Assembly: GCA_045123995.1 (NCBI GenBank)
Contig: JBGVKY010000026.1
Coordinates: 73,600 to 137,599 of the forward strand
Direction: 5' to 3'
Length of the DNA stretch: 64,000 bases
Source: Clostridia bacterium
GTDB lineage: Bacteria; Bacillota; Clostridia; CAKSNL01; HGM11501
Shown here: positions 1 to 8,809 of the stretch, one piece after another
Layout: each line of letters opens with the position of its first letter
How positions within the stretch are numbered: the stretch's first letter is position 1
Made by a program: the position numbers and the translations under genes
The notes under the pieces: generated by a model
The model's input: the letters and a program-made list of their open reading frames with translations, nothing else
Database searches by the model: none
What the model was told of the DNA's origin: nothing

Positions 1-819
1 TATGCAAACATCACTCAGATTATCTTAAATGGTGCAGAGTGGTTCGCAAGCATGGGTACAGAAAAGAGCAAAGGTACAAAAGTATTCGCGCTGGGTGGAA
101 AAATCAACAACACAGGTCTTGTGGAAATCCCCATGGGTACAACACTCCGTGAAGTTATTTATGACATCGGTGGCGGAATTCCGGGAGGCAAGAAGTTTAA
201 GGCAGCTCAGACAGGCGGACCTTCCGGCGGATGTATTCCTGCAGAACATCTTGATGTTCCCATTGACTATGATAACCTTATTGCTATCGGCTCAATGATG
301 GGTTCCGGCGGTCTTATCGTAATGGATGAAGATACCTGTATGGTTGATATCGCTAAATTCTTCCTGGAATTTACCGTTGATGAATCCTGCGGTAAGTGTG
401 CACCCTGCAGAATCGGTACAAAGAGAATGCTCGAAATCTTAGAAAAGATTACAGAGGGTAAGGGTACACTCGAAGATATCGATACTTTGGAAGAACTTGC
501 TGAAACAATTAAGACCAGTGCTTTCTGCGGACTCGGACAGACAGCTCCCAACCCCGTACTCAGCACATTAAGATATTTCAGAGACGAATATATTGCACAC
601 GTTGTGGACAAGACCTGTCCTGCCGGCGTATGTAAGAAGCTTCTTCGTTATGAAATCGACAAAGAAAAGTGTAAAGGCTGCTCTGCTTGTGCAAGAAAGT
701 GCCCTGTTGGCGCAATCACAGGTGAAATCAAGAGCCCCTATACAATTGATCCCAATAAGTGTATTAAGTGCGGCGTATGTGTTGATACCTGTAAGTTCAA
801 TGCAGTAGTGAAGAAATAA
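1..819 (+). CDS. NADH-binding NuoF-like hydrogenase subunit (HndC/HydB-type), C-terminal part with two ferredoxin-like 4Fe-4S domains. The 5' end lies outside the window
   Basis: Frame 1 is open from nt 1 ([22 protein letters not shown]...). The soluble-ligand-binding and 4Fe-4S motifs CGKCAPCR are followed by two CxxCxxCxxxCP ferredoxin motifs. The gene sits directly upstream of hydA. Confidence 0.8.
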   Translation, partial: YANITQIILNGAEWFASMGTEKSKGTKVFALGGKINNTGLVEIPMGTTLREVIYDIGGGIPGGKKFKAAQTGGPSGGCIPAEHLDVPIDYDNLIAIGSMMGSGGLIVMDEDTCMVDIAKFFLEFTVDESCGKCAPCRIGTKRMLEILEKITEGKGTLEDIDTLEELAETIKTSAFCGLGQTAPNPVLSTLRYFRDEYIAHVVDKTCPAGVCKKLLRYEIDKEKCKGCSACARKCPVGAITGEIKSPYTIDPNKCIKCGVCVDTCKFNAVVKK

Positions 820-837
820 GAAAGGGAGGGGATTGAA

Positions 838-2589
838 ATGTCAAAAAATATGGTAAATTTAAAGATAAACGGAAAAGATATACAAGTTCCCGAAGGATAT
901 ACAATTCTTCAGGCTGCAAGAGAAGCCAAAATTCATATTCCCACACTGTGCTATCTTAAGGACTTAAACGAACTTGGCGCATGCAGAATGTGTGTTGTTG
1001 AGATTAAGGGTGCAAGAGCGCTTCAGGCAGCTTGCGTATACCCTGTTGCAGAGGGAATTGAAGTTTTCACCAATTCTCCTAAGGTAAGAAGTGCAAGAAA
1101 GGCTACACTTGAGCTTATTTTATCAAACCACAATAAAAAGTGTCTTTCTTGCGTAAGAAACGGAAACTGCGAACTTCAGAAGCTTTCTGAAGAACTTGGT
1201 ATTGACAAGGTTCGTTTCGGAACAGAAGAAGAAAATACAAAATATGAATTAGATAATAGCTCACCTTCTTATGTAAGAGACAACAATAAGTGCGTACTTT
1301 GCAGAAGATGTATTGCAGCTTGCGATAATCAGCAGATCAGTGTAATTCAGGCAAAGGAAAGAGGCTTTGCTACTAATATAGGCGGAGCATTTGACCTTCC
1401 TGTTGCAGAAACTCCCTGTATTTACTGCGGTCAGTGTATCGTTGCTTGCCCCACAGGTGCTCTTTCTGAAAAGGACGACACACAGAAGGTTTGGGATGCC
1501 ATTGCAGATCCTGATAAGCACGTTGTATTCCAGACAGCTCCCGCTGTAAGAGCAGCAATCGGCGAAGAATTCGGTATTAAAGCAGGAACTGCAACTACTG
1601 GTAAGATGGTCGCTGCTATAAGAGCTTTAGGTGCCGATAAGGTATTTGATACAGATACAGGTGCCGACCTTACAATCATGGAAGAGGGAACAGAATTTAT
1701 CAACAGATTTACAAAGGGCGAAAATCTTCCATTGATCACATCCTGCAGCCCCGGTTGGGTTAAGTATTGTGAAACATACTATCCCGAATTTATTAAGAAT
1801 CTTTCATCTGCAAAATCTCCCATGGAAATGTTCGGTGCAATTCTTAAGACTTATTATTGCGAGAAGAACAATATAGACCCTGAAAAGATTTTCGTAGTTG
1901 CTGTTATGCCCTGTACATCCAAGAAGTTTGAGGCTTCACGCCCTGAAATGAGCGATGCTGGACACGGTCAGGATATTGACGTATCCATCACAACAAGAGA
2001 ACTTGCAAGAATGATTAAGTCTGCAGGTATCGACTATGTAAATCTTGAAGATGAGCATTTCGACCAGCCCTTCGGTGATGCAACAGGCGCAGGCGTTATC
2101 TTCGGTGCAACAGGCGGTGTTATGGAAGCTGCTCTTCGTACAGTAAGCGAAGTTCTTACAGGCAAGAGTCTGGAGAACATTGACTTTAAGGCTGTAAGAG
2201 GAACGAAGGGTGTTAAGACTGCTAAGCTTACAATCGCAGGCAAGGAAGTAAGCATTGCGGTTGCTCATGGTGTTGCAAACATCAATAAGGTTTTGGAAGA
2301 CGTTAAGTCAGGAAAAGCTCATTACGATTTCATCGAAATGATGGCTTGCCCCGGCGGTTGCGTATGCGGTGGTGGACAGCCCATTCACAGCGCAGAATAT
2401 CTTATGGACCATGACCTTAAGGCACTTCGTGCAAAGGCTCTCTACTCTGAAGATACACATTCTGAGCTCAGAAAATCTCACGAAAATCCCTCAATCAAGT
2501 TGCTTTATAAGGAGTTCCTTGGTGAACCTTGCGGACATAAGGCTCACGAACTTCTCCATACAAAGTATCAGGAAAGAGCAAAATATTGA
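838..2589 (+). CDS. hydA: [FeFe]-hydrogenase catalytic subunit (HydA/HndD type) with an N-terminal 2Fe-2S ferredoxin domain, 4Fe-4S domains and an H-cluster domain
   Basis: RBS GGGAGGGG lies before the ATG. The N-terminus is 2Fe-2S plant-type. CxxCxxCxxxCP motifs are present. The H-cluster signature is visible in TSCSPGW, MPCTSKK and MACPGGCVCGGGQP. Confidence 0.9.
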   Translation: MSKNMVNLKINGKDIQVPEGYTILQAAREAKIHIPTLCYLKDLNELGACRMCVVEIKGARALQAACVYPVAEGIEVFTNSPKVRSARKATLELILSNHNKKCLSCVRNGNCELQKLSEELGIDKVRFGTEEENTKYELDNSSPSYVRDNNKCVLCRRCIAACDNQQISVIQAKERGFATNIGGAFDLPVAETPCIYCGQCIVACPTGALSEKDDTQKVWDAIADPDKHVVFQTAPAVRAAIGEEFGIKAGTATTGKMVAAIRALGADKVFDTDTGADLTIMEEGTEFINRFTKGENLPLITSCSPGWVKYCETYYPEFIKNLSSAKSPMEMFGAILKTYYCEKNNIDPEKIFVVAVMPCTSKKFEASRPEMSDAGHGQDIDVSITTRELARMIKSAGIDYVNLEDEHFDQPFGDATGAGVIFGATGGVMEAALRTVSEVLTGKSLENIDFKAVRGTKGVKTAKLTIAGKEVSIAVAHGVANINKVLEDVKSGKAHYDFIEMMACPGGCVCGGGQPIHSAEYLMDHDLKALRAKALYSEDTHSELRKSHENPSIKLLYKEFLGEPCGHKAHELLHTKYQERAKY

Positions 2590-2595
2590 TAAAGA

Positions 2596-2624
2596 AAATC
2601 TCCGCTTCGGCGGAGATTTTTTTG
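2596..2624 (+). terminator. Rho-independent terminator of the hydrogenase operon
   Basis: Hairpin ATCTCCGC-TTCG-GCGGAGAT followed by a T7 run. Confidence 0.8.
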
Positions 2625-2633
2625 TTAAGGAGG

Positions 2634-2880
2634 ATTTTCGTGAAAATTTTCTTTAAGCAATGCATGGGGATAATGAGAGTGCGAGCCGAAAAAATGCTGT
2701 TCGCATTTTTCAAAGTATCGCCCTTACCTTTGAACGGGAGGGGCAATTTTCGTAAAAATTTTCTTTAAGCAATGCATGGGGATAATGAGAGTGCGAGCCA
2801 AAAAAATGCTGTTCGCATTTTTCAAAGTATCGTCCTTACCCTTGAACGGGACGGGCGATTTTCGTAAAAATTTTCTTTGT
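2634..2880. repeat. Tandem direct repeat, 112-bp unit, about 2.2 copies (2634-2745, 2746-2857, partial third copy 2858-2878)
   Basis: Copies 1 and 2 are near-identical (about 5 mismatches). Each unit contains TTGAAC-N17-TAAAAT-like and GCGAGC...GTTCGC plus T-run elements. Confidence 0.9.
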
Positions 2881-2893
2881 TGAAAATTTTTAC

Positions 2894-2933
2894 TTGACAA
2901 ACTGTACTAACTGTATTACAATAAATAATACAG
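2894..2933 (+). promoter_or_regulatory. Sigma-A promoter with consensus -35 TTGACA (2894-2899), 17-bp spacer and -10 TACAAT (2917-2922). It is overlapped by an operator-like inverted repeat CTGTATTA-N7-TAATACAG (2911-2933) and direct half-site repeats ACTGTAcTA/ACTGTAtTA (2901-2918)
   Basis: Read directly from the sequence. The element sits immediately upstream of the GntR-family gene, as expected for an autoregulated YtrA-type operon. Confidence 0.7.
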
Positions 2934-2947
2934 ATGGAGGTGATAAA

Positions 2948-3322
2948 GTGATAAAGTTGGATTACAGAGACAGTCGGGCATTATATGAGCAGGTTAAAGA
3001 AGAAATGAAAAAGCTTATAATCAAAGGGGTGGTAAAAACAGATGAAAAAATCCCGTCAGTAAGAGAATTGGCATGCACTCTGTCCATAAATCCCAACACC
3101 ATTCAGCGGGCATACAGAGAGCTTGAACAGGAGGGATACATCTATTCACTTCGAGCTAAAGGGTTTTTCGTATCGCCCGTAAGCGAAGAAAATACTAAAG
3201 ATAAAGTAAATAAGCTTGAAACAGAGCTTAAAAAAATAGCAAAAGAGCTTTTGTACTTAAACATTGACAAAAAAGAAATACAAGGTATTTTAGATGAATT
3301 ATATAGCGAAAAGGAGGAATGA
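2948..3322 (+). CDS. GntR-family transcriptional regulator, YtrA subfamily (short C-terminal domain)
   Basis: GTG start at 2948 lies 7 nt after RBS GGAGG (2936-2940). The N-terminus VIKLDYRDSRALYEQVKEEM is the classic GntR wHTH start. The protein is about 124 aa. The ORF-track start at 2894 is a TTG inside the promoter -35. Confidence 0.8.
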   Translation: MIKLDYRDSRALYEQVKEEMKKLIIKGVVKTDEKIPSVRELACTLSINPNTIQRAYRELEQEGYIYSLRAKGFFVSPVSEENTKDKVNKLETELKKIAKELLYLNIDKKEIQGILDELYSEKEE

Positions 3323-4224
3323 AAAGAATGATTAAAGCAAGCGGAATAATAAAAAAATTCGGTGATTTTACTGCCCTTTCGGGACTTGATCTTAACGCTA
3401 AAAAAGGCTCAGTTTACGGCCTTGTGGGTCCTAACGGTGCAGGAAAAACCACTTTCATAAAATGTCTTTTGGGCATTTATAAAGAAGACGAAGGAAATAT
3501 AGAAGTAGAAGGCTCGCCCGTGGCAGAAAACGATATAAAACAGAAAATAGTGTACATAGGAGATGATTTATATTTCTTTCACGGCTACTCCATAAAGGAT
3601 TTAGCTAAATATTATTCGGGAATTTATAAAAATTTTAGTTGGGAAGAATACGAAAGATTAAAGTCGGTATTTGGTATTGACGAGAAAAGAAAAATAAAAC
3701 GCTTATCTAAAGGTATGCAAAAACAGGTTATGTTCTGGATTGGAATTGCCTGCAGGGGAGAGCTGCTTGTTTTAGACGAGCCCGTTGACGGACTTGACCC
3801 TGTTATGAGAAAAGCCATGTGGGGCATTGTTTTATCTAAAGTAGCAGAAGATAATTTAACGGTATTGGTATCCAGCCACAATCTCCGTGAGCTTGAAGAT
3901 GTGTGCGACCATGTGGGAATCATGCATGAAGGAAAGGTTGTTATAGAAAAGTCATTAGATGATGTAAAGGGAAATATACATAAAATTCAGGTGGCCTTTG
4001 AAAACGAATTTCCCAAAGAAGTTAAACAAGAACTTAATATACTTAATGAAAATAAATTAGGCAGCGTAAATCTTTTGATTGTAAAGGATACGGAAAGCCG
4101 GATAAGAGAAGTTATGGGAAAATACAATCCTTTAATAATGGATATTTTGCCCCTTACCCTTGAAGAAGTATTTATCTATGAGTTAGGAGGAATGGGATAT
4201 GTTGTCAAAAATGTCTTATCTTAA
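3319..4224 (+). CDS. ABC transporter ATP-binding protein
   Basis: Walker A GPNGAGKTT, the LSKGMQKQ signature and Walker B LVLDEPVDGLD are present. The start overlaps the GntR stop (ATGA). Confidence 0.85.
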   Translation: MKRMIKASGIIKKFGDFTALSGLDLNAKKGSVYGLVGPNGAGKTTFIKCLLGIYKEDEGNIEVEGSPVAENDIKQKIVYIGDDLYFFHGYSIKDLAKYYSGIYKNFSWEEYERLKSVFGIDEKRKIKRLSKGMQKQVMFWIGIACRGELLVLDEPVDGLDPVMRKAMWGIVLSKVAEDNLTVLVSSHNLRELEDVCDHVGIMHEGKVVIEKSLDDVKGNIHKIQVAFENEFPKEVKQELNILNENKLGSVNLLIVKDTESRIREVMGKYNPLIMDILPLTLEEVFIYELGGMGYVVKNVLS

Positions 4225-6238
4225 TAAAAGCATTATAAAATCCGACCTTAAGCGTTTTTGGTATCTTGCGGTATTAAATACCCTCGTAACTTTCTTTTCA
4301 GGCACGTTTTTGGTTATGGACAGATTTTTATACGGAAGGCAAAATCCCCAAAGATTAACAAATCTTCCCGGTGATTTTTACTTCGCCATGATTTTTGGTA
4401 TGATCTTTGCCCTCCTAACCACCGTGGCAGTATTTTCCTACTTAAATAAATCAAATCAGGCAGCATTCTGCCACGCTTTTCCTATAAAGAGAAAATGTCA
4501 CTATCTTTCGCATCTTACATCTGTTGTCATACTGATATCGGCATCGGGGATATTAAACTCTTTGGCATTATTCTTTTATACGTTAAATCATAATGTGGCA
4601 AAAAGCTTTACTCCTGACATAGCAATCAAGTTTTTTGTTGTTTACATGACCTATTCTCTTTTAGTAATGTCACTTACCGCATTTACCCAGATGCTTACGG
4701 GACTTTCTAGTGCCTGCGTAGTATTAACAGCATGCTTTGTGGCAATACCTTTTGCCTTTGAAACTTTCATAAAAAGCTTTTTACAAACCCATGTATACGG
4801 CTATTTCGGAGAAAGCGAATATCTTACGGGAAAAATATTTTATCTTTCCTTTGAGAAGATTTTATCGGTAAGAATTTTAATATATTTAGCCCTGATTTTA
4901 GTATTTCTCCTTTTAGGCTATATACTTTATAAATTCAGAAAAATTGAATGCAACGGAGAAGTGGTAGCTTACATAAAAATGAGACCTGTATTTATATATA
5001 CCGTTGCTCTATTTACCGGCATGGCAAGCTATGCATATTTCGGCGGCTTTTATGGGGCGAACATCTTTTTTATGCTGCCTTTTGGTATACTCGGTATAAT
5101 TATTGCTTATATGCTCTCGAGAAAGAGCTTTAATTTAATAGGAGTACATAAACCTCTCATTATCTATACACTTTTTGTAATAGCGGTATTTTTGGTGGTT
5201 AAGCTTGATTTATCGGGATTTGAACGAAGAATGCCTGATATAGAAAACATTTCATCTGTTGAATTTCCGTCTATGAGTCACTATGATAAAGCAGGTTTTT
5301 ATCCTGAGGAAAAACGAACGGATTATGCTATTGAATACTTTTTATGTGACGATGTTTTTGACGGAAAATTCACCGAGTATGAAGATATAGAAAACATCTT
5401 AAAGCTTCATTCCTATAAAATAGAAATCAGAGATAAAAATCAGGGTCCTTCCTTAAGAATAAAATATAATCTTAAAAACGGAAAAACTATGGAAAGACGC
5501 TATAATATAGATGTATATCAAGACAAAGAATATCTTGAAGATATATATAACAGTCAAAAAATGAGAGGTATTCTTTTCGAACTGGCAAACGGAACGAAAA
5601 AAGAACTTGTGGGTCTAGAAGTTTTTGATGACAGATTAAACTATGCTTTTGCATATTATCAGGGCGCAGGAAACTTAGAAGCGGAAAAAATAAAAGATGC
5701 TCTGATAAAGGATTTACTTGAAACTCCTTATGATGAATTGCCCGAAATATACCATCACGAGGGACTTTTCCCCACTAGCATAACCATGTCATTAAAGGTT
5801 GACGGTCACTATCAGAATGAAGAATTTGAAGAAACTACGGCTACAAAACGTTTAAGCTATACAATTTATCCTACTTATAAAAACACCTGGAAAGTTCTTG
5901 AAGAATTGAATCTTACATCAAAGCTTCCGACATCTGACGATGTGCTTGAAATCGGCGTTAACATAAATGATTTCAATACCTCCTGGGATAACAAAGTAGT
6001 AACCTATGAGGAAAGCGCTTATATTGAAGACTATAAGTATATGTATAAGATAACAGATAAAGAGACAATAAAAGAAATATACGAGTGGGCTTTATCCGAC
6101 AAGGTTATATATCCCGAATTTGCCGAGGGGCACAAGAATGTGGATTTATATATAGTATTCAAGAACGGATACTTTTTAAATCATTCTTTCATATTTGACG
6201 AAACCATCTGGCCCGAACCCTTAAAAAATCTTAATTAG
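4199..6238 (+). CDS. Integral membrane protein (ABC-2-type permease-like N-terminal about 330 aa with multiple TM helices, plus about 340-aa C-terminal soluble domain)
   Basis: Hydrophobic segments run through residue about 330, followed by a charged, aromatic-rich domain. The start overlaps the ATPase gene, so translation is coupled. Confidence 0.6.
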   Translation: MLSKMSYLNKSIIKSDLKRFWYLAVLNTLVTFFSGTFLVMDRFLYGRQNPQRLTNLPGDFYFAMIFGMIFALLTTVAVFSYLNKSNQAAFCHAFPIKRKCHYLSHLTSVVILISASGILNSLALFFYTLNHNVAKSFTPDIAIKFFVVYMTYSLLVMSLTAFTQMLTGLSSACVVLTACFVAIPFAFETFIKSFLQTHVYGYFGESEYLTGKIFYLSFEKILSVRILIYLALILVFLLLGYILYKFRKIECNGEVVAYIKMRPVFIYTVALFTGMASYAYFGGFYGANIFFMLPFGILGIIIAYMLSRKSFNLIGVHKPLIIYTLFVIAVFLVVKLDLSGFERRMPDIENISSVEFPSMSHYDKAGFYPEEKRTDYAIEYFLCDDVFDGKFTEYEDIENILKLHSYKIEIRDKNQGPSLRIKYNLKNGKTMERRYNIDVYQDKEYLEDIYNSQKMRGILFELANGTKKELVGLEVFDDRLNYAFAYYQGAGNLEAEKIKDALIKDLLETPYDELPEIYHHEGLFPTSITMSLKVDGHYQNEEFEETTATKRLSYTIYPTYKNTWKVLEELNLTSKLPTSDDVLEIGVNINDFNTSWDNKVVTYEESAYIEDYKYMYKITDKETIKEIYEWALSDKVIYPEFAEGHKNVDLYIVFKNGYFLNHSFIFDETIWPEPLKNLN

Positions 6239-6300
6239 GCATAAAAATCTTACCTTCTGCATATATAGTTAAAGACTTAACAAATGTGGGAGGTAAGAAA

Positions 6301-6915
6301 ATGGCAAATGAGAACAACATCGTAAAACTTGAAGGAACCATGACAGAAGAACCGGAATTAAGCCATAGAGTTTACGGCGAGGGATTTTATAAGACTGTCT
6401 TATCAGTTCCTAGATTATCAGAGTCTCTGGATTTGATTCCTGTAACAGTATCAGAAAGGCTATTGGCAGGGAATTTTGCCGAGGTCGGCGGTAAATATTA
6501 TATAGAGGGAGAGTTTCGGTCTTATAATAATTATTCTGACGAAGGAAGCAAGCTTAAGCTTACGGTTTTTGCAAAAACGTTCTCAGAGGCTTTTCCAGAA
6601 GATAATAATGAACCTAACGACATATTTTTAGATGGTTATTTGTGCAAGGAACCTACATACAGACAAACACCTTTCGGAAGAGAAATTGCCGATATGCTGC
6701 TGGCGGTAAACAGAGCCTATGGTAAATCAGATTATATTCCGCTTATCGCATGGAGCAGAAATGCCAGATTTTGTTCTACATTGCCTGTGGGAACTCATCT
6801 TAGGGTTTACGGAAGAATTCAGTCAAGACAGTACCAAAAGAAACTGGAGGAAGAAGTTTTAACAAAAACCGCATACGAAGTATCCGTATCGAAACTCGAA
6901 ATAGCAGAAGATTAA
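6301..6915 (+). CDS. SSB-like protein with two tandem OB-fold-like halves (putative single-stranded nucleic-acid-binding protein). It has no acidic C-terminal tail
   Basis: ATG at 6301 is preceded by RBS GGGAGG (6288-6293). Two segments resemble SSB OB-fold starts (NIVKLEGTMTEEPEL... and NDIFLDGYLCKEPTYRQTPFGREIADMLLAVNR). Confidence 0.4.
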   Translation: MANENNIVKLEGTMTEEPELSHRVYGEGFYKTVLSVPRLSESLDLIPVTVSERLLAGNFAEVGGKYYIEGEFRSYNNYSDEGSKLKLTVFAKTFSEAFPEDNNEPNDIFLDGYLCKEPTYRQTPFGREIADMLLAVNRAYGKSDYIPLIAWSRNARFCSTLPVGTHLRVYGRIQSRQYQKKLEEEVLTKTAYEVSVSKLEIAED

Positions 6916-6958
6916 AAAAGAGGATGTAAAAAACTTGGTTTTTTACATCCTCTTTTTT
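6916..6958. terminator. Bidirectional rho-independent terminator
   Basis: Perfect hairpin AAAAAGAGGATGTAAAAAA-CTTGG-TTTTTTACATCCTCTTTTT flanked by A and T runs. Confidence 0.85.
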
Positions 6959-7097
6959 ATGATGGAGGTAACTGTTCAGGCGTTGTCCCGATTTTAGGAG
7001 TAGCAGTCCCCTCGTTGGTATAGTTGTTATCACGGGCAATTTTATTTATAGGAGGTGTTGTGCGACCGTGCTTTTTGGGTAATTTCTTTTTAGACAT
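6957..7097 (-). CDS. Small hypothetical protein (46 aa, MSKKKLPKKHGRTTPPINKIARDNNYTNEGTATPKIGTTPEQLPPS), basic and Pro/Thr rich
   Basis: Strong RBS GAGAGGAGAAAC 8 nt upstream of the ATG on the minus strand. The ORF ends at the bidirectional terminator. It is absent from the ORF track (shorter than 60 aa). Confidence 0.35.
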   Translation of the reverse strand: MSKKKLPKKHGRTTPPINKIARDNNYTNEGTATPKIGTTPEQLPPS

Positions 7098-7221
7098 AAG
7101 TTTCTCCTCTCAGGGATTTATTTTTATTTTATTTTTTGCGGGTTTTCGAGGTTTTATTCCCATAGTATAAAATTCCAAGCTATGGCAAAAATAAACATAA
7201 AACCTATAAAGGGAGATTTTT

Positions 7222-8805
7222 ATGTTTTTATCTAAAATTTTTACTTTTACTCCGCCTTCAGAAGAAGACGATTTTGTCATACTAGGGACAGGTTCTTCCA
7301 TAAAGGAAAAAGAAGACATAAAAGTTTCTTCTTGCCTTAAAGAAAATATGGACTATCTTGATAGTGTTTTCAAAAAAGATAAATCCTATGATGTAAAATC
7401 AAGAGAGTTTTTTATAAAAATGGGGAGATTCAAGGTCAATGCCGCCATATATTTCATTGACGGACTGGTTTCTAATACCAGCGTAAATGATGCTATTTTA
7501 ACACCCTTAATGATTGAATCGGAAAAAATAAAAGAAAAGGATTACGATAGCGTTTTTAACTCACTGGTGCCCCAGAATCAGGTTAAAAAATCGGAAGATA
7601 TGAAAGATATAATAGAAGAAATATGCTATGGAACATGCGCACTTTTCATTGACGGTTATAGTGAGGCGATATTGCCTCAGGTAATAGGCTGGGAAAAAAG
7701 AGGTGTAGACGAACCTAAAACTGAACCTGCCATTTTTGGTCCCAACCAGGCATTTAATGAAACTTTGAAGGTAAATACCTCCATGATGAGAAAAATGATC
7801 CGCTCTCCCGAGCTGGTTATTGAAAATATAACCGTAGGGGAGGTTGCTAAATGTAACTGTGCCGTTTTATATATGGAGAATATAACAAATCAGTCATTAG
7901 TAAAAGAAGTGAAAAAACGGATAGAAGGGCTTAAAGTCGACCACATTATAAGCTCGGGAGAGCTTATGCAGTTTATAGAAAACAACAGTTTCATAACGCT
8001 ACCGCAGATTATATCCACAGAAAGGCCTGACAGATGTGTGAAAAGCATTATGTCCGGAAGGGTAGTGGTATTGGTGGATAATTCTCCTCTGGCACTTATC
8101 ATGCCGGCAACTGTTTTTGAACTTACAGAATCGGCAGAAGACGTATATTTAAGGCCTGCATATGCACTTTTGGTAAAAAGCATAAGATATCTTGGGATTT
8201 TACTTTCTATCTACCTTCCTGGTATTTATATAGCTGCAATAACGTATCATACCACGATTTTTCCCACGGGAATGTTAACCACTATAATGAGGGCTGGAAG
8301 AAAAGTCCCCTTCGATTCGGTGACAGAGCTTGTAGTAATGGTTATAGCGTTTGAAATTGTTAGGGAAGCAAGTTCCAGAGTTCCGGGATTTTTGGGGTCA
8401 AGCCTCGGCATAATAGGGCCCTTGGTTTTAGGACAGGCTAGTATAAGTGCCAATATAGTAAGTCCGGTCATGCTTATTGTTTTTTCCATAGCAACCATAG
8501 GTTCTTTTGTTACCCCTAATTTTTCAATGGCGTTTTCGGGCAGAGTATTAAATATAATCTATATAATTCTTGGCAGCACGGGAGGATTTTTAGGGATAGC
8601 CGTTGGAATTTTCTGCCAAATGATGCTGTGGCATGAAACTAAATCTTTTGGCGTAAATATGATTTTACCCTTTTCCGAGAAGCAAAGCTTAATTCCTGAG
8701 CCTCTAAAGGTAACGCCTATATGGAAGCATGAAACAAGGCCGGGTTACCTCAAAACAAAAAGAATTAAGGAACAGGCTCATATAAGCAGACCTTGGAAGA
8801 AATGA
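7222..8805 (+). CDS. Spore germinant receptor, GerA-family A subunit
   Basis: GerA-family core with C-terminal TM helices (FIDGLVSNTSVNDAILTPLM...). RBS AAGGGAG is present. Confidence 0.85.
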   Translation: MFLSKIFTFTPPSEEDDFVILGTGSSIKEKEDIKVSSCLKENMDYLDSVFKKDKSYDVKSREFFIKMGRFKVNAAIYFIDGLVSNTSVNDAILTPLMIESEKIKEKDYDSVFNSLVPQNQVKKSEDMKDIIEEICYGTCALFIDGYSEAILPQVIGWEKRGVDEPKTEPAIFGPNQAFNETLKVNTSMMRKMIRSPELVIENITVGEVAKCNCAVLYMENITNQSLVKEVKKRIEGLKVDHIISSGELMQFIENNSFITLPQIISTERPDRCVKSIMSGRVVVLVDNSPLALIMPATVFELTESAEDVYLRPAYALLVKSIRYLGILLSIYLPGIYIAAITYHTTIFPTGMLTTIMRAGRKVPFDSVTELVVMVIAFEIVREASSRVPGFLGSSLGIIGPLVLGQASISANIVSPVMLIVFSIATIGSFVTPNFSMAFSGRVLNIIYIILGSTGGFLGIAVGIFCQMMLWHETKSFGVNMILPFSEKQSLIPEPLKVTPIWKHETRPGYLKTKRIKEQAHISRPWKK

Positions 8806-8809
8806 GGGG

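Noticed and set aside
838-2589. In-frame TGA selenocysteine in the hydrogenase
   Set aside because: The ORF is uninterrupted and [FeFe] hydrogenases do not use selenocysteine
2586-2768. 60-aa plus-strand ORF spanning the tandem repeats
   Set aside because: It is an artefact of the repeat array. It starts inside the hydA terminator with no RBS
2634-2880. CRISPR array
   Set aside because: Only about 2.2 copies of a 112-bp unit are directly abutting. There are no spacers and no cas genes
7110-7319. 69-aa minus-strand ORF overlapping the gerA start
   Set aside because: It overlaps the ger promoter and 5' coding region, has no RBS and reads as low-complexity sequence
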